A DNA stretch of 64,000 bases, from positions 102,176,001 to 102,240,000 of the forward strand of contig CM075978.1 in the NCBI GenBank assembly GCA_038087875.1, read 5' to 3'. How positions within the stretch are numbered: position 1 is the first letter of the stretch; the number at the start of each line of letters is the position of its first letter. A program made the position numbers and the translations under genes. The stretch comes from Malacoraja senta. Taxonomy: Eukaryota. The notes below the pieces were generated by a model. The model did not search any database, was not told the origin of the DNA, and was given only the letters and a program-made list of their open reading frames with translations. Positions 62,985 to 64,000 of this stretch are shown piece after piece.

Positions 62985-64000
62985 TTTTACTTCGGAGTCA
63001 CTTTAGTGATTCCGTGAAGAAGACCCGTCAGGGCGCATGCGCGTCATTACGTCGGTCGCATTAGCGCACGGACCAGCGGGAGGACAGAGCTCCTCCTGTG
63101 GTAAGTACTTTTAGAGTATTTTAAAGAGTTTTAAAGCTCCAGCTAAGCGGGAAACTTAGCTGGAGTGAAAAGTTCCTTTATTGTGGTGCTCTGTGTTTTT
63201 TATTACAGGCAGCACCATGATGAAGACGACCAGGGGAGGGCAGCCGCAGGTAAAGCATAGGAGAGCCGCGGGAATGCGGTCTGTCAGCGGCTGCCTCGTA
63301 CCCCTGCACAGTCGCCGATCGGGAGCGGGGCGACTTCAGACTGAGTGCGAAAAAGCACCAAAGCCAACGCCAGTCGGGCGTGAGGCACGGGGAAGTCTGG
63401 GAGGCCCTGGGACTCAACTGAGTCGGGCCACAACGAGCCTGTACGGGGCTGGAGACGTTTTTTAAATGGTTCTCCCAAATGGAGCACCTCATCCAGAGGT
63501 TGCTCCAGAAATGCACACTCCGGGGGGAGGAGTCGTGTGGGCGGTAGGCTGCAGAAAGGCCATGCCGGCAGCACCTGGTAGAGGGCTGCTTAAAGCACCC
63601 TCATGCATGAGGTGAGTGCAGAGGGTCAGCTAAGTTCTGACCCCGATTCTGACGGAGACTTGGAAATTAGCGAAGAACGGCTGTTGTCAGAGGTCCATTC
63701 TCTGGCAGCACGATTCGCTGTCCCGTCAGAGTATGCAGTGCCACTGGGAGAAGAGCTGGCCTCCACGAAAGTGCCATTCGGCCCACCATTAATTCCAAGA
63801 TTGCAGTATTTTTCCAGCCTAGCAACATACAGCCGGCCAACCTACTCTTCGGAGAGGACCTCGCCAAGAGTGTCAAGGACATGGATGACGAGGCGAAGAC
63901 GGTGGGCTTGATCAAGCCACCGGCAGTCGGCAAGTTTCCAAATAAGAAAGTACCCCTACAAACAAAGCGGGAACATGGTCAAAGATACACCAGGTACCAA
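62985..64000 (+). mobile_element. DIRS-like (tyrosine-recombinase) retrotransposon, 5' part, inserted in a CR1 fragment
   Basis: Begins abruptly at TTTTACTTCGGAGTCAC inside CR1 sequence. CpG-rich leader and a broken gag-like ORF with LFGEDLAKSVKDMDDEAK at 63845. Confidence 0.6.

Overview
Eukaryotic, repeat-rich vertebrate DNA. The mix of CR1, Rex1, Penelope and V-SINE elements suggests a cartilaginous fish such as a skate or ray (inference). One multi-exon protein-coding gene can be reconstructed on the + strand: an ARL13-family small GTPase, most likely ARL13A. It has 9 coding exons between 18792 and 58822, consistent splice phases and about 412 aa. Almost all long ORFs in the supplied track come from transposons or low-complexity DNA. 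The most striking structure is a family of non-autonomous Helitron-like rolling-circle elements, with 5' TC, a 3' hairpin plus CTRR, and insertion between A and T. They share termini but carry different cargo: an ALG13-like first exon with its splice donor, a CpG-rich promoter-like segment, and different minisatellites. Also present are many Penelope-derived repeats carrying minimal hammerhead-ribozyme cores, three solo LTRs with 4-bp TSDs, a near-full CR1 ORF2, an L1 with TSD, Tc1 and Harbinger fossils, and the 5' part of a DIRS-like element. A 200-N assembly gap lies at 8031-8230. Protein comparisons are from memory of known sequences, not database searches.
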